Positions 37,153 to 47,691 of a stretch of 64,000 bases of DNA are shown here, one piece after another. The stretch spans positions 141,464-205,463 of the forward strand of contig DMXO01000004.1 of NCBI GenBank assembly GCA_003482855.1. Reading direction: 5' to 3'. The stretch's first letter is position 1, and each line of letters starts with the position of its first letter. The position numbers and the translations under genes are program-made. This DNA comes from Candidatus Magasanikiibacteriota bacterium (lineage in GTDB: Bacteria; Patescibacteriota; Patescibacteriia; Magasanikbacterales; UBA922). The notes under the pieces were generated by a model that saw nothing but the letters and a program-made list of their open reading frames with translations, did not search any database and had not been told where the DNA came from.

Positions 37153-40100
37153 ATGTTTGGATTACACAATAGGACAAAAAAAAGTATTCTTGTAGTACTT
37201 ACGGCTTTATTTGTATTGAGTAATCTTTTTGTTTTTTCATTGTTACGACCTATTCCTGTATATGCACAGATCACTATAGCAGGAAGTGTACCAGATGAAA
37301 AAAAGGAAATTGTGGATCAGATTCTTGATGCTCTTATGGCAGCAGCTCTTGGTGCTCTTGTGAATGGCGCATCATATTTCATGCGTAAATTTGCATATGA
37401 TAGTGCCAAATATATTGCATCAGGTGGCAAAGGACAGGGCGCTTTGGCTTTCAAAAAAGGGTTTGGCACTTATATGAAAGATGTTGCACTGGATAGTGCA
37501 GCAAGTGCCATAGATGAGTTTGGCAGTCCATTTGGTCTCAATTTGTGTAAACCGCCAGATATTCGATTGCAGGTAAATCTTCAGGTCAGTTTAAGTAGAA
37601 TTTATGACGCAGAATCAGGTTCAGCAGGCCCGCAACCACGTTGTTCATGGAAGAGTTTTACCGAGAATTGGAGCCAAGTAGACGAAATGTATGGAAGCCG
37701 GGATGCACTCTCTGAGCGTTTTTCTGCGTCTCTGAGTGTTACTGAGGGTGATTTTGGTACAGCGCTTGGGCTCATGGGCAAAGTAGATAGAATCAAGGCA
37801 CAAGCAGAAGCGGGAGCCACAGCTGAACGCAATGAAGGCGATGGTTTCAAGTCAGTACAAAATTATATATCTGGTGATATACAGACACCAGCCCAAGTTA
37901 TCAAAAAAGAAACAGATGCTGTAACAGGTGGCAAACAGATGGATTTGAGCGCCAATCAAATCGCCGGCATATATGGTGCTGGTGCATGGCAGATATTACC
38001 TATGGCAGCATCTGTTTTTGCCAATACGCTTGTTTCTACACTCTTGCAAAATGTCATGACCAACGGGCTTTTCCCTAGTTCAAAAGGAGGTGGCTCTGTA
38101 GTTGATTTTTATGCGGCAAATATCAATTACAACAGGCAAGCTGCTGAACGCGCGTTTTCGTATCTCATTGCAGGAGTGCCACAACATGATATTACCGCGT
38201 TTGATATTATTACTGAATTTAGTTCGTGCCCTGATACACCAAAGACATATAATTGTGTGATGGATCAGGGATTGGTACAGGCATTACAGCGTGAACGTGC
38301 CAATGAGACGCTCACTATTGGTGAGGCTCGTGTTATCGATGGGGGACTCATTCATGAAAATTGGCAGCTCATTCCACCAAGCCGCGACGTGGATAATTCT
38401 AATATTGATTGTTACAAAAATGCATATTGTTATTCAAATATACAAAAACTCAGAAAGGCGCGTATATTGCCACTCGGTTTTGAAATAGCAACCATGCGCT
38501 CAGACCCTGATAAGCCATGGACATTGGGTGCTGTACTCGATGGGTTTGGCGATCCCAATAGTCCATATTATCATCTCATTGACCCAAATTGGATTCTCAA
38601 AGCACCGCAGGCTCAATGTGAGATGACGGTGGATGGTCCTCAGCTTTTGTCAGAAAATACGCCAACAAGACAAGATGAATGTGCTGATTTTTCTACATGT
38701 CTTGCCGAAGGAGATGATGACAAGTGTATTGATTATGGATATTGTACTCAAGAGAAAAATGTATGGCATATACCGGGCGAAAGTTGTCCAGATTATTACA
38801 ACACGTGCAAGACATATACAAGCAATGACGGCGTTATTGCGTCATACTTGTCTCGCACTTTGGATTTTGGCACATGCAATGTCGAAGCAGTCGGGTGTCG
38901 TGCCTATAGTACAGAGATGACAGGGGATTTCTGGTTGCGCAGTAGTCAAGTTGATCTTGATCTCAAAGAGAGCGGTCGTGAACAGGTACTGTATTTCAAT
39001 AGTCAGATTGGAAGTTATACATGTCCGGTTGAAGAAGATGGCTGTAGTGAATTCACTCCCGCATCTTCTACCAAACCGCTTTATCTCCAAAAAGCGCCAG
39101 AATATTTAGGTTGTTATGATACTGACCCAGATACGCAAGATGTCATTGATTGGCCCCAGACCAAAGCAGATCTCGTGCTTCTTGCCAACACCCCACAAGC
39201 ATGCAACAAATACGCGAGTGTATGTATTCCTGAAGAAGTGGGATGTGAGGAATATAACCCAGTAAATGGCGGTACGACAATCAATGGAGTCGTAGGCAAT
39301 AATTTTTGTAGTTCACAATGTGTTGGATATGAAACATTCAAGCAAGAAGAGACGCCATTTGAACCAAACAAATTTCCATTATATTTTATTCCATCTCATG
39401 GTGATGTATGTGCTTCTCAATATGAAGGTTGTGATGAATTCACCAATATCAGCGGAGGAAACGCTGCAGAAAAGCTTGAGTATTACAGTGATCTCAAATA
39501 TTGCGAAAAGCCGGATGGCACCAATGACAAGACATATTATTCATGGGAAGGCTCGGAGAGCCAAGGTTATGTTTTGAAAAAACATGTATTATTGCAAGTT
39601 GATCAAAGTGAATTTACCAACTATTTGAGTGGGATTACCTTAGTATTGAGCGATGGCACATCACTCGGCGCTGGCAGTGTATTTACTGTTGGTTCGCCAG
39701 CATATTCAGTAGATACGCCAGAGCAGCTCGCGACTAAATACGAAAAATGTAATCAGGATGCATACAATCTCATGCTCGACGACCCATATGCGGATGGCGC
39801 TGCAATAGGTGGACCTGAAGGGTGTCATGCATTGTATGATAGCAGTGGTGAGATATATTATCGTTTTTTGATTGATACTATTTCAGTATCAAATGAGTGT
39901 GCTCCATTGCGCAAAACTAATTCCGATCTGTTTGTAGATTCTCATTTGAGTGGAGCAGGCAGACAGAGCCAGTGCGAAGCAAAAGGTGGTTCATGGGATA
40001 GTGCAAATAGCCAGTGTAACAGATGTTATAATGGCGGGTTTTACCAAAAAGATGATATCACAGGAGTTGGCGCTTGTGTGTATTGGTCCATACCAAGTGA

Positions 40101-43100
40101 AGCTGTATCTTGCCCGTCGAGTGCCAATCTGTGTCGTAGATATATAGGCAATACAGGTAGCAATGTATACAACATATATGATACAAGTTTTGAACCTGGA
40201 CAAAATGCGTCAACTACACTAGCCCTAGCAAAAGAAGGATGGACAGGCGTAGTATCTATTGAACCAGAGGCAACACATGTAGGTCAATATTCGCTCAAAG
40301 TAGGGGGCAATGGCAATACATCGTATGATTTTGCACCAGAAGTTTTGAGAAATAATGCATGGTATGAACTTAGTTTCTGGGCGCGTGGTAATCCACAAAC
40401 GCTTTCATTGCAAATTAATCAGGTAGGAGGTAGTCCTGCCATATTCACATATGATCCTCTCACCGGACAGAATGTATATGCGCCCATTACCACAGATTGG
40501 CAAGAATATACACTTGGTCCAATCCAGTTCACTGGTTCTTCTGGCGCGACTACTACATTAGAATTTATTCGACAAACAGGAAGTGGTGTATATTTCATAG
40601 ATCATGTCGTACTCAAACGTATTGGCGGGAATCCCGAGGACTATGTATTCCGTATCAAAGATTCATGGAAAACAGACGAAGGGTATGATGTGCCTGATGT
40701 GTGCGATTCTACACCGCTTGATGCATTTCCTGGCGAACAACTTGGGTGTCGTGCCTATACGACGCGCGCCACTCCGCCAGACAATATTGTCGCATTTACT
40801 GGATTTGAACGTCTATGTCGCGCTCAGGCAGTCGGATGTACACCGGTCGTGGATACTCAAAATATAGAGCGTGATGATACAGATGTGCACACAGCTTATA
40901 ACCTTTTATGTAAAGACGGATTGGCAACTGCTGCCATGGGTAATGCAAAAGATAAATGTTCAGTTTCTGTGGACAGCAAAAGTTATGAATGCGCGTATGA
41001 AAAAGGGGAAAGCAGTTGTTTTATTACTGGTCCTATACATATACCAGATGCGGAGATGACCAATCTCAATGTAGTTGATCTGGTCGATCGTTTGCATGTG
41101 GTCACATCTACTATCATGGTACCTCCAAACTCAGATACCCTGTATCTCGCGCATCGCACTGAGTTTGTATGCAGTAGCGAACATGTCGGATGTCAGAAGA
41201 TGGGACTTGAAGAACGGCTATTGCCAGATGAGAGTAGTGGTGCATATGCATATAGCCAAAAAGCATATATCAATAGTGCAGATCATTATGATGCGACATT
41301 GTGTACCCAAGAGCAGGTGGGGTGTAAAGAATACAAAAATAATGACGTGATTAGCTTTTTCAAAGATCCAAAGCTTGCTGGTGCAGGATTGTGCGTGTAC
41401 AAGCAAAATGTATCTGTAGGTGGTGTCACGCGTAATGGTTGGTTCATGGATGGCGTGGGCATGTGCAGTACTGGCGATCTGTGCAAGAATGATGAAGATT
41501 GTGGTGGACAGACGTGCAATGATATTGGACTGCAACCATGTTATAACGATTATATATTGCCGGGCAGCACCTATGGTCTATGGTCCAATGCAACTCCTAA
41601 TTATGAAGGATATGTAGGTACCTGCAGTAGTGAATACAATGGTTGTACTGAGCTTCTCGACCCCGCAGACACATCAGGTGGTGTTCAGCCAGATGGCAAA
41701 CCATATTATGTAGTGTTTGATGATAGACTGTTTGCCAAGACGGGCGACTGTGACAGCAAAGTAAGCCAAAAAGAAGGATGCGTACTTTTTGATCGTACTG
41801 AAAATCCAAATAAATATTTTAATTCTGCAGCTACGTATGCTGATAGTATTGCACAAGCGTATGCGCTCGTACCCACATTATCAACAGGTGATCTCGATAC
41901 CAATGAACTCATAAAAGTGGAGCGTGATCGTGAATGTAGTGAATGGCTCGCATGTCGTACTGCGACTCGCGTATTTGATACGCGTGGCAAGCCACAACAG
42001 CTTTGTCAGGAATACAGAGCATGCGATGAGATGGACGCGAGCGGCAACTGCACACACTGGGTTCGCACTGAGTACGACAACGAACGGCTCACCCACGAGA
42101 AGTATACATCTCGTACTGTAGGCTGGAGCAATCCAGATTATTCAGGTTATTCATTGTACAACAAATATAATATAAGCAATTTTGTTTATATTATATTCAG
42201 CAATGATATATTGAGAAAAGAAGGATCCGTTGATTTGGGTGTCGCGTATATTGCATACGAGATGGATCGCAAGATGTTTGTCTCTCCTGAAAATCTTGAA
42301 TCAGGTGAACAGAGACTTGAGGAGAAAGGTTGTTTTGAAGTTGTGAATAGCACGCCGGTAAAAGAAGAAGGGGCAGTATGTGGATTTGATAATGGTGGCA
42401 GGTGTTATCGCCAGAGATGCTTGTATCCTATAGATGGTGTGTTTGAGACCCAGCCAGCTGCATCTGCGCAAATACCAGACAAAGACGCGCGCGAGGCAGA
42501 AAACATCAAGCGCATACTTTCTGAACTAGAACATGGTATTTGCAAATCATATCCTGAACCAGACAGCCCATTTTCTGTGAATGCCACAGTTGCAGATGTA
42601 GATTCTGAGCGTGATGTCAAAAGTGATGACCCCGTAACCAAAACTCGCTATGAGTATTCTATGCGCTATCCTCAGTTTGAGCGCGCAAATATTTGCCAGG
42701 GCGGAGAAAATAGTCCGGACTGTTCATGTGATTATATCAAAATAGAATACAAAAATGGCACTATAGACTACTGGTCTACAACACAACAGGGGCAGTTTGC
42801 TGATGGCATATGTATTACAGCAGGAGAATTGGATGGCCAGCCGTGCGTCGTGAGCGAGGAGTGCAAAGGTGAAGATCCTTTGAGCGCTGGCGAATGCAGC
42901 AAGATAGCGCGCCAAGGTACGTATTACGGTCTCAAAGGGCTATGTCTTGAGTATGACAAGAGCCGTCCGCTTACGCCATCCAAAAATGTATCAAGCGATG
43001 CAGACAGATACCCCTGTCTTACTTGGTTGCCGATACAGACATCTGCCTCTGCAGGAGATCTCTACAACGCAGATGTGAAAGCAGGCTACTGGCCTGATGA

Positions 43101-46100
43101 AAATCTTGATGCCACAACGGGCGGCTTGTCCTATTGTCTCGAGAGTACAAGCTATGGAAGAGGATATTATGACACAGATTATACGACATTTACCGGCCCG
43201 CCCCTCACCGCTGTTTCAGGTATACATAATCTATCATTATTTAGTGCTACCAATTATGAGTTGGGTGGAGAATGTACTGCAGAAAATATAGCGTCATGCC
43301 CTACTGATAGCAATTGCATTGAGTCGTGTATAAATGAGTATTGTGATAATGAAGATTGTTCAAGCGGTATCGTGAATAGTGTTTCAACCGAATTGAGTGC
43401 ATTTAAAACAGAATTTGGCGCATGCGCAAATCAAGAGTGCGAAGCAAATGAGTTGGCAGAGTATGCAGTTCAAATTAGAGGTATATTTGATAGTAATGTT
43501 ACAGTTACCAGCTCAGAAGAGATTGCTACCTGTACACAGGGTTGTGCCCCAGTCCCTTCGTGTGTCAGTGGTTTTTGTGGTGAGACAGTTTCAGAATCAA
43601 AAACATATAGTAACATCTTTAATATAAATGATGATCTTTATAGTACTCCGGATGTGGATGTTCCATTTACCAATGAGTGGTGTAATAACGTTGATCCAAT
43701 TTCAGGAGATTGTATGGACGGGGGTGGTTGGAAACATTCCTATAATGTTCATATAAGCAGTTGTTATTCTGTAAGTAGCTTTAGTGTTGCTGAAAATTTT
43801 TTCTCCTTTGGTGTCGCTGGCCAAGGAGAAACTAAGTATTCAAGTTATACTCGGCTTATGAAGACTGACGACCCCGGCGATGTATTGTACAAGACAATGC
43901 AGTCATGGGCATGGAAAAATTTGGGTACCAATACGCGCATACTTCGTATTGATGAAAAAGGTGGTTGTTTCCCTAAGTACTTCGAGGAGTATGACGATAC
44001 AGACAGCCTACCTGAACCAGCCAAGAATGAGGATAATGTGTATGCTGTACATTCATTTGCTCCGGGCATAGACAACGGAGGCCCAGGCGATACAGGCACG
44101 CTCATGCATCCGCCACGTCGTTGGACTTCAGAATATGGGAACTATGCAGATGGTACAAGCTATAATTATTTCATGAATCCGTATATAGATACTCAGACTG
44201 ACTTTAAAATTGCAGAGACGAGCTCACTCTCACCAGATATCGATCCAAGCGCAAACCCATATATATATGTAGATACTGATGTTGAGCGTAAGCTCAATGA
44301 ATATGATATTGATAAAATATATTTCATACCGCTCTCATATCCAGATGGCGCAGAGGGACCAAACCCATCAATACTTACACCAAACTTTTCTATTAGTTTC
44401 AATGCTTTGCGCGCCAAGACACAACCCAAAGACAGATTTATTTTGGGTGATTTGGAAGAGGTTGGTGAAAATAATTTTATAGATTTTACTGAATCAATAC
44501 CTGAAGCGGGAGGGATGACCAATTACCAATACATGCTTGAACAAAAACCTGGCGCTACCAATGAATTACTTTCGTATGAGACATATAATGGCAGTATCGA
44601 CGACCCAACCTCTCGCGATGAGGTCAAGCGCCGCTATGTGGCTCTTGCATACAACAATCAAGGAGTCGAAGATAATAGAACAGAACACCCTTTCATTTTC
44701 CGTCAAGAAAATACACTTACCACATTTCCTGATGCTACGCACGATCCTTTCACTACTGCGTGTACGCATCATGACAACAATAACTGGATAGCCATAGGTC
44801 TTGACTTCAATGAAGATGGTGAATTCCTGGGATATATATCGCGTTGGTGCAATGGTGAAAATAATGATGATGGTGAACGAAATGGCATTAGATTCGCTGT
44901 CATAGCAGAGCTCAATGACAGGTGTACTGAGCTTGCCTCAGTCGTAGACAACACCGTATTGTCGAGTCTTATTACTGAGGATTACAACAAAGCATGGACC
45001 AATAGAGTATGGGCAAATGCATCGCAAAATTTCCCAGGATCCGGTTTTGGTGAGCTCAAACGCACAGAAGAGACAGATGTGGTTGGTCTCACTCCGTTTG
45101 GTTCGCTCGAAGGAGACAAAGTAAATAAGTCAAAGATTATAGGCTTTAATTCTTTACCAGTTTTGCAAAAAATATATCTTACGTATTATCTTCTTCCTGA
45201 TACCAAGCTCGGTGTGCCATACGCATGCACAGGCGGGTCTGTGTTTGATGGTTCGGGCGAACCTATATTTTCTGCATCAGGCTTTGGGTGCATAGGCATG
45301 GGAGACACTATCAATACCAATACGACGCTGACAAGCCAGGTATCTTCGCACACGTCTGGCAATGCGAATACGTTTCTTCGTAGCTTGTTCAAGAAATATT
45401 ATGCAGTATTTGATAGCGTCGCAAAGACAGATTCAGGCGCAGTAGACGATAGTAATAATATTGGAGACACCAAGCCTCCACAGGTGTTTGCACTCAATCC
45501 ATATACGTGTACGACTGCAGGCAAAGATTGTGTCGCGACGTTTGAGAATGCTTTCACAGTAAATAATAGAAACTATGTGGCAGGCGAGGCAGCGGATTAT
45601 GATGATAATGATGTGCTTGATGATGAAGATAAAAATTATAATGAGAGTCCGGATCCTATCATGGCAGACGGCAACATGCTTGCGACGGTGCAATTTTTTG
45701 GCTATGCAGACGACAACCGCATGCCGATACGTAGAGTCATGGTAGACTGGGGAGACGGCGAGCCTATTACCAATAATGAAGTGTACGGCATGTACAAAAA
45801 TAGAAAGCCGTATTGTAGTGCGGATGAAGTAATGGGTAGATGTTCTAGCGGTTCTGATTGGTCGCCGAGCAGTGATCCCTATCAGATTACTTGCAAGGAA
45901 GATGCTGATTGCGCATTTTTACTGCGTAGTACCAAGTGTGGCCAGATAAAGGATAATACTCTATATTTTGGCGACGCATCACGCGCATGCAAAGATACGT
46001 ACTTCGAGTTTAGTCATGAATATTTCTGTGATCTGGCTGATCTTACTGATCCACGAGGCGATGGCAGGCAGATCGTGTCTCTAGCTGAAATAAAAAACAA

Positions 46101-46428
46101 CAAAGATGGCAATGATAACGACCTGTTCGAAGATCTAGACTATGCACAGGAAGTATATGAACGTTTGTCTGAACGTGATCTCGCGCATATAGAAGAGGAT
46201 GACCAGAAACCGGCAGTGTGTATATTCAAGCCTCGTGTTCAGATACTCGACAACTGGAGATGGTGTAATGGGACGTGTAGTGGAGTGAGTGGGTGTTATT
46301 CAGATGGTTCTATAGATAAATGTGATCCAAATTTTGATGATAAAGGTAATACTTTTTATCCCTGGACAGAATATAAGGGTGCTATTGTGGTAATTCCTTC
46401 AGCGGGTACAGAAGAAGAGACTGATTAG
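37153..46428 (+). CDS. Giant (3091 aa) secreted cysteine-rich extracellular protein
   Basis: Signal peptide cleavage-like VYA-QI; well over 100 Cys; repeated E-x-V-G-C-x-x-Y module; acidic D-rich stretch; PKD-like WGDGEP near C-terminus; uninterrupted 9.3-kb ORF. Confidence 0.8.
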   Translation: MFGLHNRTKKSILVVLTALFVLSNLFVFSLLRPIPVYAQITIAGSVPDEKKEIVDQILDALMAAALGALVNGASYFMRKFAYDSAKYIASGGKGQGALAFKKGFGTYMKDVALDSAASAIDEFGSPFGLNLCKPPDIRLQVNLQVSLSRIYDAESGSAGPQPRCSWKSFTENWSQVDEMYGSRDALSERFSASLSVTEGDFGTALGLMGKVDRIKAQAEAGATAERNEGDGFKSVQNYISGDIQTPAQVIKKETDAVTGGKQMDLSANQIAGIYGAGAWQILPMAASVFANTLVSTLLQNVMTNGLFPSSKGGGSVVDFYAANINYNRQAAERAFSYLIAGVPQHDITAFDIITEFSSCPDTPKTYNCVMDQGLVQALQRERANETLTIGEARVIDGGLIHENWQLIPPSRDVDNSNIDCYKNAYCYSNIQKLRKARILPLGFEIATMRSDPDKPWTLGAVLDGFGDPNSPYYHLIDPNWILKAPQAQCEMTVDGPQLLSENTPTRQDECADFSTCLAEGDDDKCIDYGYCTQEKNVWHIPGESCPDYYNTCKTYTSNDGVIASYLSRTLDFGTCNVEAVGCRAYSTEMTGDFWLRSSQVDLDLKESGREQVLYFNSQIGSYTCPVEEDGCSEFTPASSTKPLYLQKAPEYLGCYDTDPDTQDVIDWPQTKADLVLLANTPQACNKYASVCIPEEVGCEEYNPVNGGTTINGVVGNNFCSSQCVGYETFKQEETPFEPNKFPLYFIPSHGDVCASQYEGCDEFTNISGGNAAEKLEYYSDLKYCEKPDGTNDKTYYSWEGSESQGYVLKKHVLLQVDQSEFTNYLSGITLVLSDGTSLGAGSVFTVGSPAYSVDTPEQLATKYEKCNQDAYNLMLDDPYADGAAIGGPEGCHALYDSSGEIYYRFLIDTISVSNECAPLRKTNSDLFVDSHLSGAGRQSQCEAKGGSWDSANSQCNRCYNGGFYQKDDITGVGACVYWSIPSEAVSCPSSANLCRRYIGNTGSNVYNIYDTSFEPGQNASTTLALAKEGWTGVVSIEPEATHVGQYSLKVGGNGNTSYDFAPEVLRNNAWYELSFWARGNPQTLSLQINQVGGSPAIFTYDPLTGQNVYAPITTDWQEYTLGPIQFTGSSGATTTLEFIRQTGSGVYFIDHVVLKRIGGNPEDYVFRIKDSWKTDEGYDVPDVCDSTPLDAFPGEQLGCRAYTTRATPPDNIVAFTGFERLCRAQAVGCTPVVDTQNIERDDTDVHTAYNLLCKDGLATAAMGNAKDKCSVSVDSKSYECAYEKGESSCFITGPIHIPDAEMTNLNVVDLVDRLHVVTSTIMVPPNSDTLYLAHRTEFVCSSEHVGCQKMGLEERLLPDESSGAYAYSQKAYINSADHYDATLCTQEQVGCKEYKNNDVISFFKDPKLAGAGLCVYKQNVSVGGVTRNGWFMDGVGMCSTGDLCKNDEDCGGQTCNDIGLQPCYNDYILPGSTYGLWSNATPNYEGYVGTCSSEYNGCTELLDPADTSGGVQPDGKPYYVVFDDRLFAKTGDCDSKVSQKEGCVLFDRTENPNKYFNSAATYADSIAQAYALVPTLSTGDLDTNELIKVERDRECSEWLACRTATRVFDTRGKPQQLCQEYRACDEMDASGNCTHWVRTEYDNERLTHEKYTSRTVGWSNPDYSGYSLYNKYNISNFVYIIFSNDILRKEGSVDLGVAYIAYEMDRKMFVSPENLESGEQRLEEKGCFEVVNSTPVKEEGAVCGFDNGGRCYRQRCLYPIDGVFETQPAASAQIPDKDAREAENIKRILSELEHGICKSYPEPDSPFSVNATVADVDSERDVKSDDPVTKTRYEYSMRYPQFERANICQGGENSPDCSCDYIKIEYKNGTIDYWSTTQQGQFADGICITAGELDGQPCVVSEECKGEDPLSAGECSKIARQGTYYGLKGLCLEYDKSRPLTPSKNVSSDADRYPCLTWLPIQTSASAGDLYNADVKAGYWPDENLDATTGGLSYCLESTSYGRGYYDTDYTTFTGPPLTAVSGIHNLSLFSATNYELGGECTAENIASCPTDSNCIESCINEYCDNEDCSSGIVNSVSTELSAFKTEFGACANQECEANELAEYAVQIRGIFDSNVTVTSSEEIATCTQGCAPVPSCVSGFCGETVSESKTYSNIFNINDDLYSTPDVDVPFTNEWCNNVDPISGDCMDGGGWKHSYNVHISSCYSVSSFSVAENFFSFGVAGQGETKYSSYTRLMKTDDPGDVLYKTMQSWAWKNLGTNTRILRIDEKGGCFPKYFEEYDDTDSLPEPAKNEDNVYAVHSFAPGIDNGGPGDTGTLMHPPRRWTSEYGNYADGTSYNYFMNPYIDTQTDFKIAETSSLSPDIDPSANPYIYVDTDVERKLNEYDIDKIYFIPLSYPDGAEGPNPSILTPNFSISFNALRAKTQPKDRFILGDLEEVGENNFIDFTESIPEAGGMTNYQYMLEQKPGATNELLSYETYNGSIDDPTSRDEVKRRYVALAYNNQGVEDNRTEHPFIFRQENTLTTFPDATHDPFTTACTHHDNNNWIAIGLDFNEDGEFLGYISRWCNGENNDDGERNGIRFAVIAELNDRCTELASVVDNTVLSSLITEDYNKAWTNRVWANASQNFPGSGFGELKRTEETDVVGLTPFGSLEGDKVNKSKIIGFNSLPVLQKIYLTYYLLPDTKLGVPYACTGGSVFDGSGEPIFSASGFGCIGMGDTINTNTTLTSQVSSHTSGNANTFLRSLFKKYYAVFDSVAKTDSGAVDDSNNIGDTKPPQVFALNPYTCTTAGKDCVATFENAFTVNNRNYVAGEAADYDDNDVLDDEDKNYNESPDPIMADGNMLATVQFFGYADDNRMPIRRVMVDWGDGEPITNNEVYGMYKNRKPYCSADEVMGRCSSGSDWSPSSDPYQITCKEDADCAFLLRSTKCGQIKDNTLYFGDASRACKDTYFEFSHEYFCDLADLTDPRGDGRQIVSLAEIKNNKDGNDNDLFEDLDYAQEVYERLSERDLAHIEEDDQKPAVCIFKPRVQILDNWRWCNGTCSGVSGCYSDGSIDKCDPNFDDKGNTFYPWTEYKGAIVVIPSAGTEEETD

Positions 46429-46524
46429 TAAAATAAAAAATCCTAAACTCTAAATCCTAAACCCTCCATGTTCGGGTCTAGGACAAATTCAAATTACGTA
46501 ATTCCAAATGCTTAAAACACAATA

Positions 46525-46552
46525 TAAAAAACTACCTATATGGTAGTTTTTT
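46525..46552 (+). terminator. Rho-independent terminator after giant gene
   Basis: aaaaaactacctatatggtagtttttt. Confidence 0.7.
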
Positions 46553-46557
46553 ATATT

Positions 46558-46588
46558 CCTGTACACATAAGTATTTGTGTACACAGGG
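46558..46588. repeat. Imperfect inverted repeat at boundary of GC-rich island
   Basis: cctgtacacataagtatttgtgtacacaggg. Confidence 0.6.
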
Positions 46589-46657
46589 ATTCTGCTCGCG
46601 GGCGCGCATGACTATGAGCTTCATCCCCCTCGATTGCCCCCGAGGATAGGGTGCCCG

Positions 46658-47176
46658 TCACTCGACGCGGACGAAGTGGATGGGCTCGGACGTGCTGTCG
46701 CCGAAGTCGACGTACTGGATCATCCGTCCTTCGGTGTCGAGGTCGACGACCCCGGTGACCCCGTCCTCCTCGATTCTCTCGAGCGGCACGGTCTCGCCGA
46801 TGAACACCCCGCGGAGGAGGGAGGGCTGCCCAGTGATCTCCACCTGGCACGTGCCCACCTCGAGAGGTGTCATGTTGACGACCACCTTGGCGTCCGACGC
46901 GGAATCTTCCCGCTTCCAGGTGGCGAAGAGGCTCGCCACGTGTTCGCAGGAGGTCCCGGTGAGGTCCTTGGGGTCGTCGATCGGCTCGACCGCGGTGTCC
47001 AGCGTGGACGGCGTCTCGGCGTCGGCCTCGACCGCGGTGTCCAGCGTGGACGGCGTCTCGGCGTCGGCCTCGGGCGTGATCTGCGGGGGAGCGTCCCCCG
47101 CGCCGGCGGCCTCACAGCCACTGAAGATGAACAGAGCCGCCGCCACGATGGCGGCGAGGAGCAGGTTGTACCGCAT
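46658..47176 (-). CDS. Lipoprotein with high-GC codon usage and 14-aa tandem duplication
   Basis: MRYNLLLAAIVAAALFIFSGC lipobox signal; GGAGG SD 5 nt upstream; GC3 about 75 percent; EADAETPSTLDTAV x2. Confidence 0.6.
   Translation of the reverse strand: MRYNLLLAAIVAAALFIFSGCEAAGAGDAPPQITPEADAETPSTLDTAVEADAETPSTLDTAVEPIDDPKDLTGTSCEHVASLFATWKREDSASDAKVVVNMTPLEVGTCQVEITGQPSLLRGVFIGETVPLERIEEDGVTGVVDLDTEGRMIQYVDFGDSTSEPIHFVRVE
46985..47068. repeat. Perfect 42-bp tandem duplication (x2)
   Basis: gaccgcggtgtccagcgtggacggcgtctcggcgtcggcctc repeated head-to-tail. Confidence 0.9.
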
Positions 47177-47224
47177 GGGTACCTCCTATGCCGCGCCCCG
47201 AGCCATCGGGGCGGTCGAAACGGT

Positions 47225-47470
47225 TGAAGCACTTGCGCGCGCCAGTCAGTAGAGTAGTTGTATAGTCTACTTGCTAGCGCGCGCAAAGTTTGTATATTTG
47301 CGCACCCGCGAGAGTTTATGCCACGTAAAATCACTTTGTGATCACGTGGCGAGCGAGTCTCTTATTCTAGCTATCAATAACAGACTCACGAAACCATCGC
47401 GTTTCCCGACTCAGTCGGGATACGTGATTGGAAAGAGCATCCACACGCCACTGGCGTATAGAATAGACAA
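47225..47470. repeat. Cluster of REP-like palindromes upstream of RAYT gene
   Basis: cttgcgcgcgc...gcgcgcgcaaag around caGTAGagtag...ctact; cccgactcagtcggg; acgccactggcgt; ccacgt..acgtgg. Confidence 0.5.
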
Positions 47471-47691
47471 AAAGCTTGAAGCTAATTATCCACTCTAATT
47501 AGACCACATTTTGGTCAAAAAGTCAAGGTCAAGACCGTAAACGTGGATAGGGTGTGGATATCTCTTTTTGGCTGTTCGAGCTATTCGGGTTATCTAGGCC
47601 ATCTGAGTTTTGTGAAATCAACAAAAGAAAAAATGGTAAATTTTATCTAAAATATGCTGTTTTCCAATCTAAACATGGTATAATAATCTAT

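Larger units (their letters stand above)
46589..47300. other. GC-rich (about 68 percent) island in an AT-rich genome
   Basis: Abrupt compositional shift both sides; high-GC3 coding; palindromes at both ends. Confidence 0.8.

Noticed and set aside
46577-47252. Plus-strand ORFs of 216 and 190 aa and minus-strand ORFs of 154 and 99 aa inside the GC-rich island
   Set aside because: These are shadow ORFs expected in 68 percent GC DNA. Only the minus-strand 172-aa ORF has a signal peptide/lipobox, a properly spaced GGAGG SD, and coherent GC3 bias.
47538-47560. DnaA boxes / oriC (cgtggatagggtgtggata)
   Set aside because: Only two TGTGGATA-like octamers with no AT-rich unwinding element and no dnaA/dnaN nearby, despite parAB in the window. 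Insufficient to call an origin.
47554-47691. N-terminal 46-aa extension of the transposase ORF (GTG start at 47554)
   Set aside because: Extension has no similarity to HUH transposase N-termini, which begin close to the YYFITICT beta-strand. The Met at 47692 gives a conventional length.
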